Shown: one piece after another, positions 1 through 13,440 of the stretch
Layout: each line of letters starts with the position of its first letter
Position numbering within the stretch: the stretch's first letter is position 1
Source of the DNA: Octopus vulgaris
Lineage: Eukaryota
DNA length: 64,000 nucleotides
Direction of reading: 5' to 3'
Assembly (NCBI GenBank): GCA_951406725.2
Contig: OX597816.1
Coordinates: forward strand, 21,638,001-21,702,000
Notes under the pieces: model-generated
What the model was told of the DNA's origin: nothing
The model's input: only the letters and a program-made list of their open reading frames with translations
The model's database searches: none
Made by a program: the position numbers and the translations under genes

Positions 1-57
1 AATCGACTGGACCCCTCCCCATAAATTTGGGGCCTTGTGCCTAGAATAGAAAAGAAT
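1..57 (+). mobile_element. SINE family B, 3' tail (tail-2 type), cut by window start
   Basis: AATCGACTGG..CCCTCCCC..AAATTT..GGCCTTGTGCCTAGA matches the tail of the B copy at 12044-12256. Confidence 0.7.
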
Positions 58-250
58 AAAAATAGTGCAGGCCACATGACTAGAGATATATCTCAAACAT
101 ACTCCACGTATATCCTTTTAATAAGGCATTTATAAACACTTTGATATTTCAATCGCTATGGTATTTAGGTCTCTTTATAATTTAGCGAAAAAAATATAAT
201 TGAATGTATTTTCATTTGTGTTTTTCTGCGCTCCTCGAGTACAATAAAAG

Positions 251-570
251 AACGAACTATTTCCGAAAAAGAATGGACGCTATTGATGAAAGAATAGACT
301 GTTTTCAACAATCTGACACGAAAAAAAGTCCTGGAGAAAAAGAAATGAACCACTTTTAATCACTCAAATATCCGACCAGTTGAAGTTGCTGCTCTTCATC
401 TGGTGGTAATGAAAGAGTATTGTGTATTAGGAGCTCCTTCGGCAAAATTAGACGATGAATTCGAACGATTATTCTTCCAAATTCGACCGCAAAATCGATG
501 CAAAACGTCCAGAAATTGTTAATTGCAAGAATGTCATCTTCTTTCAGAACAACGCTTGACGTCATGTTTT
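251..570 (+). pseudogene. Decayed mariner-family transposase fragment
   Basis: Manual translation across stops and frameshifts gives KRMDAIDE (cf. KRMVTGDE), LLLFIWW, IVY*ELL and KRPEIVNCKNVIFFQNNA*RHV (cf. KRPEL.NRKGVIFHQDNARPH). Confidence 0.75.
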
Positions 571-1002
571 CTTGCAGTCGTAGCACACCCACCACACTCA
601 CCGATCATACCTGAGCTTACACTTTGACCCCAACCCACACCCCACCCTTGTTTTCCCCACTCTCGCCTCCCCACACCCCAACACCATCACACCACACACA
701 ACCCTACCACACCACACCATCTCACACCACCTCGCACACACTAGCACTGATCAATTCCCAGCACCTTACAGCATCATCCACACACATACGCATGCACACG
801 TCAAGGTCACCAGCCCCCATCCACACGCACATACACGTTCTCACATACACACACACGCACACCATCGTTTTGGGATCACCACTACTTTATTATTTTTCCT
901 TCTTCCTAGCTCTCCTGTGTGATCCCTCTGTTCAGCATTCGCCATGATAGATCGCTAGCCACTATACCTTAATATATTTTCTCTCCCTGTTTATTTCTTT
1001 GT

Positions 1003-1041
1003 TCCATTCTGTTGAAAACCGTTGGCTCGAAACGTAAAAGA
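1003..1041 (+). ncRNA. Degenerate minimal hammerhead-like motif (Penelope type) in a repeat ending at (TA)n
   Basis: CTGTTGA (non-canonical core), short damaged stem II, then GAAACGTA with an ACGT palindrome. Downstream sequence resembles 48140-48235. Confidence 0.35.
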
Positions 1042-1110
1042 CTTTCACACTTCCAGAGCGTTAAACTAATAGATCTGTTTCTTGTTTATTTGCTTCTTTG
1101 TAAATTCTCG

Positions 1111-1147
<37 letters not shown>

Positions 1148-1173
1148 TTCATTACACACTCACAGACACACAC

Positions 1174-1221
<48 letters not shown>

Positions 1222-1230
1222 CATACATGC

Positions 1231-1475
1231 TCTTTTACTCTTTTACTTGTTTCAATCATTTGACTGCAGCGATGCTGGAGCACCGCCTTTAGTCGAAGTG
1301 GCAACCCCAGGACTTATTCTTTGTAAGCCTAGTACTTATTCAACGCCGGTCTCTTTTGCCGAACCGCTAGGTTACGAGGACATAAACACACCAGCAACGG
1401 TTGGCAAGCGATGTTGGGGGACGAACACAGACACACAAACACACACACACACGCACACACACACACATATATACA
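1231..1475 (-). mobile_element. SINE family A, 3' half
   Basis: Reverse complement of the A tail (GGCGGTGCTCCAGCAT..GCAGTCAAATGA.TGAAACAAGTAAAAGAG) up to the internal (CA)n. Confidence 0.85.
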
Positions 1476-1764
1476 CACGCATAGAAGCACACACATATTG
1501 CATATTATACCGCTGCTGCCGCTGCGCATATTTCCAAAGCGGAGTATTTCAACGTAAATTCCAATATATTTTGTAAACGTTGAAGCTGGTGAGAGAGATA
1601 ACCAATTAAATATTGATTTCTTACGTTGACTCTCATTCAGAAATATCTTGGTCTTTCGCCAATGTTAGAAATCATAATTATTATAATTAAAGTAAAATAA
1701 TTAAAGAAACTAATACAAATTGGCACTAATTATACGAATACGATTACCTTAAGAAGAAAAACTA

Positions 1765-1775
1765 TAATAATAATG

Positions 1776-1864
<89 letters not shown>

Positions 1865-1920
1865 CATTAATTTCATTATTATTATTTATCATTATTATTA
1901 TTATTATTTTATTATTATTA

Positions 1921-1974
<54 letters not shown>

Positions 1975-2035
1975 CATTATTATGTTATTATTATTATTAT
2001 TATTACTATTATTATCATTATTATTATTATTACTA

Positions 2036-2104
<69 letters not shown>

Positions 2105-2115
2105 CATTATTATTG
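1765..2115. repeat. (AAT)n switching to (ATT)n microsatellite
   Basis: Direct reading; the strand flip is at about 1821. Confidence 0.95.
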
Positions 2116-2624
2116 CAATTTTGTAAATATGATGATAATGTCATGGTATGTATCTATACACTCCGAAAAATTTTTACCATTTAATAACTTCTAATATAAT
2201 TTCAAACAGTCTTTAATGATCACTATTCCGCTTAAATAATGAACGGATTGCGTGGCTAGTTCAAACACCTACACTGAAGGAATTTAATAAAAAGGAAGAG
2301 AGAATGAGAGAGGGAGAGAGAGAGAGACAGACGGATATATCCTTCGACGGTAAATAAAGTTCTTGAACAGTCAAGCTACACACTTCTGCCTTAAATATTT
2401 GTGAATTTGGACAATACATTTCGTAGTTTTGACTGACTGCGATCGACTTAGCTCTACAGAACAACAAAGAAAGCTTATTAGAAAAATCCGGTGAATGAAG
2501 GGTTCGGCGCACGTAGGACTGCTTAAGGAAAAAAAAATTACTTCAAATCACAAAATAACGATTTACAGCAAAACATGTCAGTATGGAGCATTGAGTCCCA
2601 TGTATAAAATTCCGCCGCTCTTTC

Positions 2625-3052
<428 letters not shown>

Positions 3053-3196
3053 TGCTACCGATTGCTTGTTACACGCTCAGTTTCTTCTTCATTCCATCAT
3101 CTATTCTATGTGGAATATGCACATCCTTCCCTCTTGCAATCGTGACAAACAAATAAAGTTAGTTTCAATCATACACCAAACCACTAACCCTTCAAA

Positions 3197-3426
3197 ACCA
3201 CCACCACCACCACCATCACCACCACTACCACCTACGCCACCACCACCACCACCACCACCACCACCACCACCATCACCACCACCACCACCACCACCACCAC
3301 CACCACACCACCACCATCGCCACCACCACCACCGCCACCATCACCACCACCACCACCACCACCACCACCACTACCACCACCACTACCATCCCCACCACTA
3401 CTACCTACGCCATCACCTCCACCACC
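3197..3426. repeat. (CCA)n microsatellite
   Basis: Direct reading; explains the poly-Pro/His/Gly ORFs. Confidence 0.95.
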
Positions 3427-5049
3427 CTTGGCATCTCTTCCACCAATTCTCTTTACCGTTACGAAGGAAACAGAAATTTGAAGTGGCTGCATCTTTCTAT
3501 TTTAGAAGTAACCCCATGTTTCAGATTTAGTCTCTATCAGTTCTTATACAATTTTTTGCCATGTACCTTTATGTATTTATATAATTATATGCTTGCTTAC
3601 ATCTTGCGAGATGTTGTATGGTTTTTGCTTTTTCGCTTTTTTCTTGTCGATGTTGATCTTGTGTTGCTTTTCCTGTTGTTACCAAAATGTTCTGCACCCA
3701 TTGACGTTGCAATTGTTGTTGATGTTGCCATAAGTTTTATTTATATTTTATTTATATTCTATTCAATTTTTTTTTTTTTTATATATTATGTATAGATTTG
3801 CACTTCTAGTCGTGTACGTTGCTGCTCGCTCGTTTTTTCATTTCTGTCCTGCTTTTCCTCTGCACTCACTTTCTTCTACCACGAAATTGTTGCTTGTCAA
3901 AACTAATGGTTACTAATGTTGTTATATGTAGTTATGTTGATGTTATTTTTGCGAGATGGTGGTACTGTTGTTTATCAATTCATTGTACAACTGGTTGCTG
4001 TTGTTAGTATTTTCCTACTTGTTACTGCACTTTTATTATTTTTTTTTATATTTCATTCACTTAATTTTTTTATGGGGGAAGCAGATTCGCCATCTTTTCT
4101 CTTCTCTTTTTACTTCATTGTGCGGTTCGTACTGTTTATCCTATTATTCTTATTTGTGTTTAGCTCATTCAATATTGTTTGTACTTTATTTATTGTTGAT
4201 GTTTTTATGCAGTTTTCTGACAAATGCTAGTCTCTGCAATAGTTGTTGTTGCCGCTATTTACGACCTTGTTACCAAGTTCTGTTGCTGCACTTATATCTA
4301 CAGCTCTTGGAAATGTTTGCTCCGTTTTTTTTTTAAATTCCGGTTGTTTTTCTGCTATTTCTGTTGGGGGATTATTATGATTTGCTCTTTTTTTCCCCTT
4401 CTTCTGTTGTGGTTACTATTTCCCGTTGTTGCATCGATTTGTCTTTTTTTTTTTTTTTAATGTATTTTTGTTCCATTTACCACCGTTTGTGTTCGTGGTG
4501 TTCTTTCTATCTAACGTCTCTATTTATACTGCTGCTATTTCTATGGATGTCGTTGGTCTTTATATTGCAGATGTTGCTGTTGTTGTTGTTGTTGTTGTTG
4601 TTGTTGACGATAATCCCGGGTGACACCTGAACAAAGACAATACTGCAATAATCATCCCGATATTTCAGGGTATGTCGATATCTTTTTAATAATTAGATGT
4701 GAAATGAGATTGGGATGCTGTTAAGAAAGCAAGTCGAGGGACCAAGATAAAGACACCGATATTTACTATACGCTGATGTCGTTGTTGTTGTTGTTGTTGC
4801 TGTTGCCTGTTTTATTGTGGTATTTAGTTCTAGCTAAGCCCTGATTGAAAAAAAAAACCTGTATAAAAACGAATATTTCGCCTTTTTTCCTATATAATGG
4901 TAACAAAGAAGTATATCACTCTTCTGTTTTGTTTCTTTTCTCTTTTTTTTTAGGATGTTAAGTTGGGAGAAGATGCTGTGGTGTATTTCTAACAAATCGA
5001 GTGACGATATAAAGACACCCAGCTTGGCTCGTGTTGCTGCTGTTTTACT

Positions 5050-5161
5050 GTCATCATCATCATCATTTGTAGTAGTAGTATTACTAACATTACTATGATC
5101 ATCATCACCATCATCATCACCATCATCATCATCATCATTATACTTATTACTGTTATAATTA

Positions 5162-5198
<37 letters not shown>

Positions 5199-5236
5199 AG
5201 TAGTAGTAGTAGCAGCAGCAGCAGCAGCAGCAGTAA

Positions 5237-5272
<36 letters not shown>

Positions 5273-5314
5273 AGTAGCAGCAGCAGCAGCAGTAGCATCC
5301 TCATCATCATCATC

Positions 5315-5354
<40 letters not shown>
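5050..5354. repeat. Compound trinucleotide tract (CAT/ATT/AGT/AGC)
   Basis: Direct reading. Confidence 0.9.
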
Positions 5355-5355
5355 A

Positions 5356-5516
5356 GGCCGTGAGCTGGCAGGATATTTAGCGTATTTCGCCCGTCGCTAC
5401 GTTTTGAGTTCAAATTCCGCGGAGGTAGACTTTACCTTTCATCACTTCGGGGTCGATAAATTAAGTACAAGTCAAGTACTGGGGGGGGGATCAATTGTCC
5501 CCCTCCCCGCAAAAAT
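5356..5516 (+). mobile_element. SINE family B, degenerate
   Basis: GAGCTGGCAG...GAGTTCAAATTCCGC.GAGGT.GACTTT.CCTTTCATC.CTTCGGGGTCGATAAATTAAGTAC. Confidence 0.8.
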
Positions 5517-5599
5517 TCTCTCTCTCTCTCTCTCTTTATTTCTGCACCCTAACGGATGGTAAATAAAAGATAGTTACCTTCTCGAGTAACCTGCTCAAC

Positions 5600-5817
5600 A
5601 CGGCTGGCTTCCCGGGTTCTATGGCATATATATTCTCCGCCTGCACAGGACGTGGGTCCATCGCAGGAATACTCATTTCAACCACCTGAGTGGAGTGCAG
5701 TAGCGTGAAATGAATCGTTTTGCTCAAGAACACAACGCGTCACCCATTCCAGTAATCGAAACCACAATCTTACGATCATGATTCTAACACCCTAACCACT
5801 AAGCCATACATCTCCAC
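5600..5817 (-). mobile_element. SINE with head D and tail Y
   Basis: Reverse complement has A box TGGCTTAGTGG, GACGCGTTGTGTTCTTGAGCAA, then CTGCGATGGAC...GCCATAGAACCCGGGAA. Confidence 0.75.
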
Positions 5818-6194
5818 CAACGGCTGACCGGCTGTCAGCTCTTGTGTGCGTCAGTAAATCATGCCTACCGCTGGGTGGCCTGTTCACCAGCTCGATTACT
5901 CGCTCACAGCTTGCTTGCAATATCAATAAGTTCTAAACATGCTGTGCAGAGTTTCCTTGCATGTTCTGTGTTTTGCATTAATACTTTAATATTTCGCTAC
6001 GCCATCACCCGTGATAGAAGAATGCTGAAGGAGATGGTCTAATGTATTAACTTGTTAACTAGACTCAAAGTATAATTCACACCCAGTTTCTTGTCCAGTC
6101 GGATTTTCTGTATTCGGAACTAGACCCGAAGGGTTCAGCAAACATCTGAAGAGCATAAATCAATCATTAATCAAGCATAAATCAATCATTAATC

Positions 6195-6413
6195 CGTTTC
6201 TTTTATTACCCAAAAGTGACTAAATATAGAGGAGGCAAACAGATTAAGTCGATTACATCGAGCCCAGTGCGTAACTGGTACTAAATTTATCGATCCCGAA
6301 AGGATGAAAGGCAAAGTCGACCTCAACGGAATTTGAACTCAGAACGTAACAGCAGACGAAATACGGCTACGCATTTCGCCGGGTGTGCTAACGGTTCTGC
6401 CAGCTCGCAGCCT
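6195..6413 (-). mobile_element. SINE family B (tail-1) with 20-bp TSD
   Basis: Full B body. GCATAAATCAATCATT(A/G)ATC flanks it at 6175-6194 and 6418-6437, with an extra copy at 6153-6172. Confidence 0.85.
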
Positions 6414-6974
6414 TATCGCATAAATCAATCATTGATCAGGGACGTATGTAGGAGGTATACAATAGATGACCTCCGTCTGCACGTTCGCTTTCATTTCTTC
6501 GTAAAATGGATGTTTAATCTGTCAAATTCACCATCATCTTAATTTAAGCAATGACGAATCTAGATAAACCTATTCATTTCTAATTTAGCTTTAACATAAG
6601 TATATATTTGCGACATTAGTAAAAAAGACAAAACAGACAGTTCTTTCCGTTACGTTGCTATGGTTCTTTTCATAATGTATTCTAGGGCGATAGCAACCAA
6701 TACAACATTTGGTTCACAAAGAGGGAAGGACTGTTTGATGTTCCCGTTTTCATTTGATATATAACATAGTCTAGGTCAGATCGAAACGATAGTCAAGATG
6801 AATTAGTTTCAAAGCTGTATTTTGTGTATCATTTCCGTCATGATTTTTTTTCTTTACCAAACACTAAATTCCAAGCCATTAAGTGCTAGCTTAAGTGTTT
6901 GCTTATGTGTCTCAAGAACACCGAAGCTAAAATAATTTGTAATGCACTGTTAATATTTCTTTACCGTATGAAAG

Positions 6975-7165
6975 CAGGATTGTTAGCACTCCGGTTAAAG
7001 TACTTAGCGGCATTTCTTCCGTTTTTACGTTCTGAGTGGACATGTTTGGTTTTCGTCTTATCGGCGACGATGAAGTAAGTACCAGTTTATCACTGGGGTC
7101 GAATTAAAGGACTTACCCTTGCCCTAGAAATTACTGGCCTTGTGCTAAATTTTGAAACCAATATT
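6975..7165 (+). mobile_element. Old SINE family B copy
   Basis: GTTAGCAC..CTTAGCGGCATTTC..ACGTTCTGAG..AAGTACCAGTT..CACTGGGGTCGA..GGCCTTGTGC. Confidence 0.65.
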
Positions 7166-7439
7166 TCTTCGTCGTATGTGATGCATATCGGTCCTGGTTT
7201 TTCTGGGTTTTTTTCTTTTTAATATTTTCTAGCAATAGATTAGGCCTAATCGAGCAAACCTATGATCAAAGTCATTCAAGCCACGAGTAACCCACCATTT
7301 ATTCAGCACTACATTCACAGAATTATTTACAATGGACGGACAGGTGTTCACATCTTTGTTCTTATCACACGGTTTCAGGTGTTTTGGAGGAATTTATTTG
7401 ACTAATGGGATACACTGTTCGCATTCAAATAAAAGTTTG

Positions 7440-7563
7440 GGTTCGAAATTCCCCCAGAACACCTGATGAAGGCTGGAGAGTACATCAGCCGAAACAAACA
7501 AGGTGGGGGACACATATCGATCCATTGTAAATAATGTATATAATTCCTCATTCCCCCAATATA
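7440..7563 (+). mobile_element. Family E 3' fragment with a hammerhead lacking its cleavage site
   Basis: CTGATGA (7463-7469), GGCTG/CAGCC stem, GAAAC, then a deletion relative to 18070-18090. Confidence 0.75.
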
Positions 7564-8635
7564 GTACATATACAGCATATCTTTTGTTTAAAGACAATAT
7601 GGGAAAATAAATTTGGCTGCTATTTTAGAAGATCGATCAACTACAAAGATAATCCACCATTAGCATAGTGTTAACCTATTTTGTGTGCATGTGCACAGAA
7701 TGTGTGAGTAATTTTATTTAATTTAATTTGGAGTAGAGAAAGACTGGTAAAGACAGCACCCATCTGTCTTTACATCATCACTGTCTCCGGGTGTGATGAG
7801 CGGAAGGGAGGAAATTATTATGAGACTTGCTCCAATGCATTTCACAGAATGAACTCCAATAAAAATACCAAAGGATAACGCAGTGGTGTTAAACAGGGTG
7901 ACAGATTACGACAACTATTAAACAGCTCAGAATGCAAATTGCTGAACCATTTACCCGATTCATTTCAACTGACCTTTTAGTAATTTCACGAATCCGTAAT
8001 TCTGCAAGAGTTTATATTTTCTTCTAACAGGAATGATTTGAGAGATATTTTTCTACTTTGTTTAGCAAGTCGGTCGAACGCTTATAAATCTTGGTTTTCG
8101 CCTAAAATTTCCCCTCCTGCTTTGAAGTCTTTTCTTTGCCTCTTTTAATCATGGAGGGGTTATTGATAAAAAAACTAATGTCGCTATTGCTTCAGATACA
8201 TTACCAAACGATAATCATTGTGTTCATCTGTGTGCTGAGATCAATTCTCTCCAAGGTCGTCTTTACCTTTCATCTTTAGGAGGCGACAACTCAACCTCTT
8301 TCTTTCTCCCATTCTCTCCTACTCTCAAACGCTTCATCCGTCTGTCGGTCTCTCTGTCTCGCACCCCACTCTCTTCCCTCTCTACGTCTATCTATTCATT
8401 CTTCTGCTTATCTCACTCCCTCTCTTTCTCTCATTCTTTTTCTGCCTCAGTCTATCTGTTTCCATTTGTCTGTCTACCTACCTGTCTGTCTGTCTATCTC
8501 TCTCCCTCCTCTCTCTCCCCCTGTTTGTATCTGTAACTCGAAGGCTTTCGACCGGGATCGACATCAGATTTTGTTGTTAAAATTTATGAGTAAATTGCGT
8601 GTACTTCTATAATACACAAAATATTTCAACAATTT

Positions 8636-9035
8636 CAGGAGTGGCTGTATGGTAAGTAGCCTTCTCACCAACCACATGGTTGTGGGTTCAGTCCCACTGC
8701 GTGGCATCTTGGGCAAGTGTCTTCTGTTATAGCTTCGGACCGACCAAAGCCTTGTGAGTGGATTTGGTAGATGGAAACTGAAAGAATCCTGTTGTATATG
8801 TGTATATGTATATATATGTGTTTGTGAGTGTGTTTGTGTGTCTGTTTTTGTCCCTCCAACATCGCTTGACAACCGATTCTGGTGTGTTTACGTCCCCGTA
8901 ATCTAACGGTTCGGCAAAAGCGAACGACAGAATAAGTACTAGGCTTACAAAGAATAAGTTCAGGCCAGGGGTCGATTTCTTCGACTAAAGTTGGTACTCC
9001 AACATAGCCGCAGTCAAATGACTGAAAAAAATAAA
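8636..9035 (+). mobile_element. SINE family A, full length
   Basis: tRNA-like head (GTGGCTGTATGGTAAG; GGTTCAGTCCC), CTTGGGCAAGTG core-like motif, internal (TA)/(TG) tract and the A tail. Confidence 0.9.
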
Positions 9036-9576
9036 ACAATATAAGAAAAATAAAACACAGCTGATCAAGCGACTCTATTGAAAAGCTCATCGTCGAGAAC
9101 GACGAAGGACCAGACATATATTTACTAAACTCATTGCTGTTGTTAAAATTTCATGTTCTCTTTTTTTCTCGCCTATCCAAGTCTTCTTACTCTTGTTGTC
9201 TTTTAATATTTACGTTTCTTTCGCGCTTCGTCTTTCATGTTTGTGGAAGTTATTTTTGCAAATTCTCATCTACAACTGACGTTGCTTTCTGCCGTTTCCT
9301 CTTTCTTTTACAATAACGGTTTTTGTTCTTGTTTAGGCTGTTGTTTGTTTGTTTGTTGATGTTGTTGATGTTGTTGTTGTTGTTGTTTTTGTTGTTGTTG
9401 CTGGTGTTGGTTGTTTCTTCCGATACTGCTGCACCTGGTATTATTGATCATGCAGGCTTTTATTTATTTTATTTTAATTTTTTTCTTTTTTGCTTTTTTT
9501 GCTTTTTTGCTTTTTTGTTGTTAATGTCACAATTTTATTTATTTTCATTTATTTATTTATAGTCTTGCGGTTTATG

Positions 9577-9741
9577 TTGATGATGATGACGATGATGATG
9601 ATGGATGTTGCTGCTACTGCTGCTGCTGCTGCTGATGGTGATGGTGATGATGACGAGGATGATGATGATGACGAAGATGATGATAATGACGATGACGACG
9701 ATGATGACGATGACGATGATGATGATGATGATGATGATGAC

Positions 9742-9774
<33 letters not shown>

Positions 9775-9786
9775 AATGACGATGAC

Positions 9787-9830
<44 letters not shown>

Positions 9831-9873
9831 CGATGATGATGATGACGATGATGATGATGATGATGATGATGAC

Positions 9874-9905
<32 letters not shown>

Positions 9906-9906
9906 C

Positions 9907-9972
<66 letters not shown>

Positions 9973-9984
9973 AATGACGATGAC

Positions 9985-10034
<50 letters not shown>

Positions 10035-10129
10035 CGATGATGATGATGATGATGATGGATGTTGCTGCTACTGCTGCTGCTGCTGCTGATGGTGATGGTG
10101 ATGATGACGAGGATGATGATGATGACGAA

Positions 10130-10164
<35 letters not shown>

Positions 10165-10207
10165 CGATGATGATGATGATGCTCATGATGATGATGATGA
10201 TGATGAC

Positions 10208-10282
<75 letters not shown>

Positions 10283-10294
10283 AATGACGATGAC

Positions 10295-10356
<62 letters not shown>

Positions 10357-10436
10357 CGATGATGATGATGACGATGAGGATGGTAAAGATGATGACGACG
10401 ACGACGACGTGGCTGCTAGTGCTACTGATGCTGCCA

Positions 10437-10472
<36 letters not shown>

Positions 10473-10500
10473 ATGAAGATGAAGATGATTATGATGATAA
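9577..10500. repeat. Long (GAT)n/(GAC) microsatellite with an internal duplication
   Basis: Direct reading. The block GGATGTTGCTGCTACTGCTGC...GACGAAGAT occurs at about 9603 and 10056. Confidence 0.95.
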
Positions 10501-10669
10501 CATTTCTTGGTTGTTTTTTTTTTTTTACTTTTGTTATATGAAACGCAATAGTTTTATTTTATTTTATTTTATTTTGTATTTTGTTTATTCAATAGTAATG
10601 TTTCTTTTTTTTTCGTCACTGCTCTCCTGTTGATGTTAGCAATAAAGCTCATGCTGTTACTGTTGACGC

Positions 10670-11572
10670 TGAATGGTGGCGGCGGAGGCGGCGGAGGCGG
10701 TGGTAGTGGTAGTGGTGGGGAATGTTGATGATGATGATGATGGCCGTGGTGGTTGTGGTTTTAGTAGTGCGGCTGTAGTGTTGATGATGATGAGGATGGT
10801 AGTGCTGCTGGTGATGGTTTTAGTGGTGGTGGTGATGGGGCTGTAGTGTTGCTGATGAGGAGGATGGTAGTGGTGGTGGTGATGGTTTTAGTGGTGGTGG
10901 TGATGGGGCTGTAGTGTTGCTGATGAGGAGGATGGTAGTGGTGGTGGTAGTTGTGGTGGTGATGATTTTAGTGGTGGTGGTAAATAAGAATGGTGGTGGT
11001 TTTAGTGGTGGTAGTGGGGCTGTAGTGTTGCTGATGAGGAGGATGGTAGTGGTGGTGGTGATTGTTTTAGTGGTGTTGGTGGTGGGGCTGGAGTGTTGCT
11101 GATGAGGAGGATGGTAGTGGTGGTGGTAGTTGTGGTGGTGATGATTTTAGTGGTGGTGGTAAATAAGAATGGTGGTGGTTTTAGTGGTGGTAGTGGGGCT
11201 GTAGTGTTGATGAAGAGGAGGATGGTAGTGGTGGTGGTAGTTGTGGTGGTGCTGGCTTTAGTGGTGGTGGTGGTGGTGGTGGTGGTTGTGAAGTAGGTGG
11301 TAGTTGTTGTAGTGGTGATGGTGGGGTTGTAGTTTTGATGATGAGGATGATTGTAGTGCAGGTGGTGGATGTGAAGGTTGTGGGGGTGTCGGTGGGGATG
11401 TAGTTTCGATGATGAGTATGATGGTAGTGGTGGTGTTGGTGGTGGTGATGGTGGTGGTGATGATGGTTTTAGTGGTGTTAGCGGCGGAAGTGTACGACGT
11501 TGGTTAAGTTAGTAGTGGGTGTGGAGGGGCTTGATGTGGGTGATGATATTGCTTTGGTGGTAGTGATGTTGA

Positions 11573-11609
<37 letters not shown>

Positions 11610-11930
11610 GGTGTTGCCGGACCTTGCAGTTGTGATGTTGTTATTGCTGCTGATGGTATCGTTGTTAGGGGTTGCGTTGTTGGTGTTTCTAGTGGCCATG
11701 ATGTTATTTGTGTTTGTGATAGTATTGGTGATGTGGTGGCGCTAGTAGTATTAGTCCTCCTAGTGGAATAACGCTTTTATTATTGTTCTTGGTGTTCATG
11801 GCAATGGTGGTGATGATGGCGGTGGTGTTGCCATTGATTTTAATATTGGAAATATTGATGATGCGGTGGTAGAAGATATTCATAATAGTGATGGGTTTAT
11901 CTTTCTTCATGTTGATAATGTTGGTTGTGT
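10670..11930. repeat. Degenerate GGT/GAT/GTT low-complexity region with a ~179-bp higher-order duplication
   Basis: 10914-11092 is repeated at about 11093-11270 (marker GTAAATAAGAATGG). Confidence 0.85.
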
Positions 11931-11932
11931 TG

Positions 11933-12256
11933 GCGAGCTGGCGAAATCGTTAGCACGTCGGGAAAATGTTTAGTAGCATTTGATCCGTCTTTGCAGTCTG
12001 AGTTCAAATTCCGCCGAGGTTGAATTTGCCTTTAAGAAGAAAAAGGCGGCGAACTGGCAGAAACGTTACCACGCCGGGCGAAATGCTTAGCGGTATTTTT
12101 CCATCTTTACGTTCTGAGTTCAAATTCCGCCGAGGTCGACTTGCCTTTCGTCTTTTCCGGGATCGATAAATTAAGTACCAGTTGCGTACTGGGGTCGATC
12201 TAATCGACTGGTTCCCTCCTGAAAAATTTCGGACCTTGTGCCTAGATTAGAAAAGC
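11933..12256 (+). mobile_element. Two adjacent SINE family B copies (partial, then full tail-2)
   Basis: GGCGAGCTGGC.. at 11933 and GGCGGCGAACTGGCAGAAACGTT at 12044, ending GGACCTTGTGCCTAGATTAGAAAAG. Confidence 0.85.
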
Positions 12257-12259
12257 ATG

Positions 12260-12781
12260 TTGATTGTGATGATGGTCGTTTTGCCACTAGTGGTGGTGGT
12301 GGTGTTTATGGTACTGGAGGTTGTGGTGGTGGTAGTGTTGGTGGTTGTGGTTTAGGCTAGGCTCCTTGTGAGGGTCATCGTGCTATTATTTCTGGTATTC
12401 ATGGTCACACTGGCAATGGTGTTGGCAGTGCTGATGGTGGCAATGGTTATAGTGATAGTGGTGGTTGTGGTGATAGATTTGGTTAGGATAATGGTGATGG
12501 GACTGTTAGATATGATTGTGGCGTTGGTGATGAGGATGGTGGTGATTGTAACGATGATGATGATGATGATGATGGTGGGAGTGGGGAACCATGATGACAG
12601 TGGCAGTAAAATGGATATAGGTGTTGTTATTATGGTGGTGTTGGTAGCAGTGGTAAACATGAAGCTGGTGGTGACGACGTCAGTGGTTGTATTGGTGGTG
12701 GTCGTAGTCATGATGGCGATGGTGATGATGGTGATGATGATGATAATGAGTATGATGATGATGACGATGATGATGGTGAGA

Positions 12782-12818
<37 letters not shown>

Positions 12819-12930
12819 CGAAGACGATGATGATGATGAAGGTGATGAAGATGAAGATGGTGATGATGATGATGACGATGATGATTATAATGAAAATGAT
12901 GATGATGATGACGATGGTGATGATGATGAA

Positions 12931-12963
<33 letters not shown>

Positions 12964-13440
12964 GATGATGACAATGACGATGATGTTGATGATGACTATG
13001 ATGACGATGTTGATGACGATGATGATGACGGTGATGATGATGACGAGAATGACGATGATGATGACGGTGATGATGATGACGACGATGACGATAATGATGA
13101 TGATGATGATGACGATGATGATAATAATGAGAATGATGATGTGATGATGATGACGACGACGATGATGACGATGATGATGATGAAGATGATGATGATGATG
13201 ATGACGATGACTATGATGATGATGATGATGATGACTATGATAACGATGATGTTGAAGATGACGACGATTAAGATGATAACAATGATGATGATTGTGATGA
13301 TAGTTACAAAAATGCTGGTGATGATAACAATGACAGCGATGGCATTTGTTTCTGTTCGCTGGTTCTGTACGTCTTGGTGCTAGTGACTGTGGTCGTGGTC
13401 GTGGTCGTGATAATGATGCTGGTGATGATGATGATGCTGT
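12260..13440. repeat. Degenerate GGT grading into (GAT)n microsatellite
   Basis: Direct reading; explains the poly-Met ORFs. Confidence 0.9.

Noticed and set aside
8535-8572. Minus-strand CTGATGT...GAAA hammerhead candidate
   Set aside because: Core mismatch and no convincing stem I.
9490-10633. 199-aa poly-Asp and 342-aa poly-Met/Asp ORFs as acidic proteins
   Set aside because: They are pure (GAT)n translations, open in several frames and on both strands, with no non-repetitive domain.
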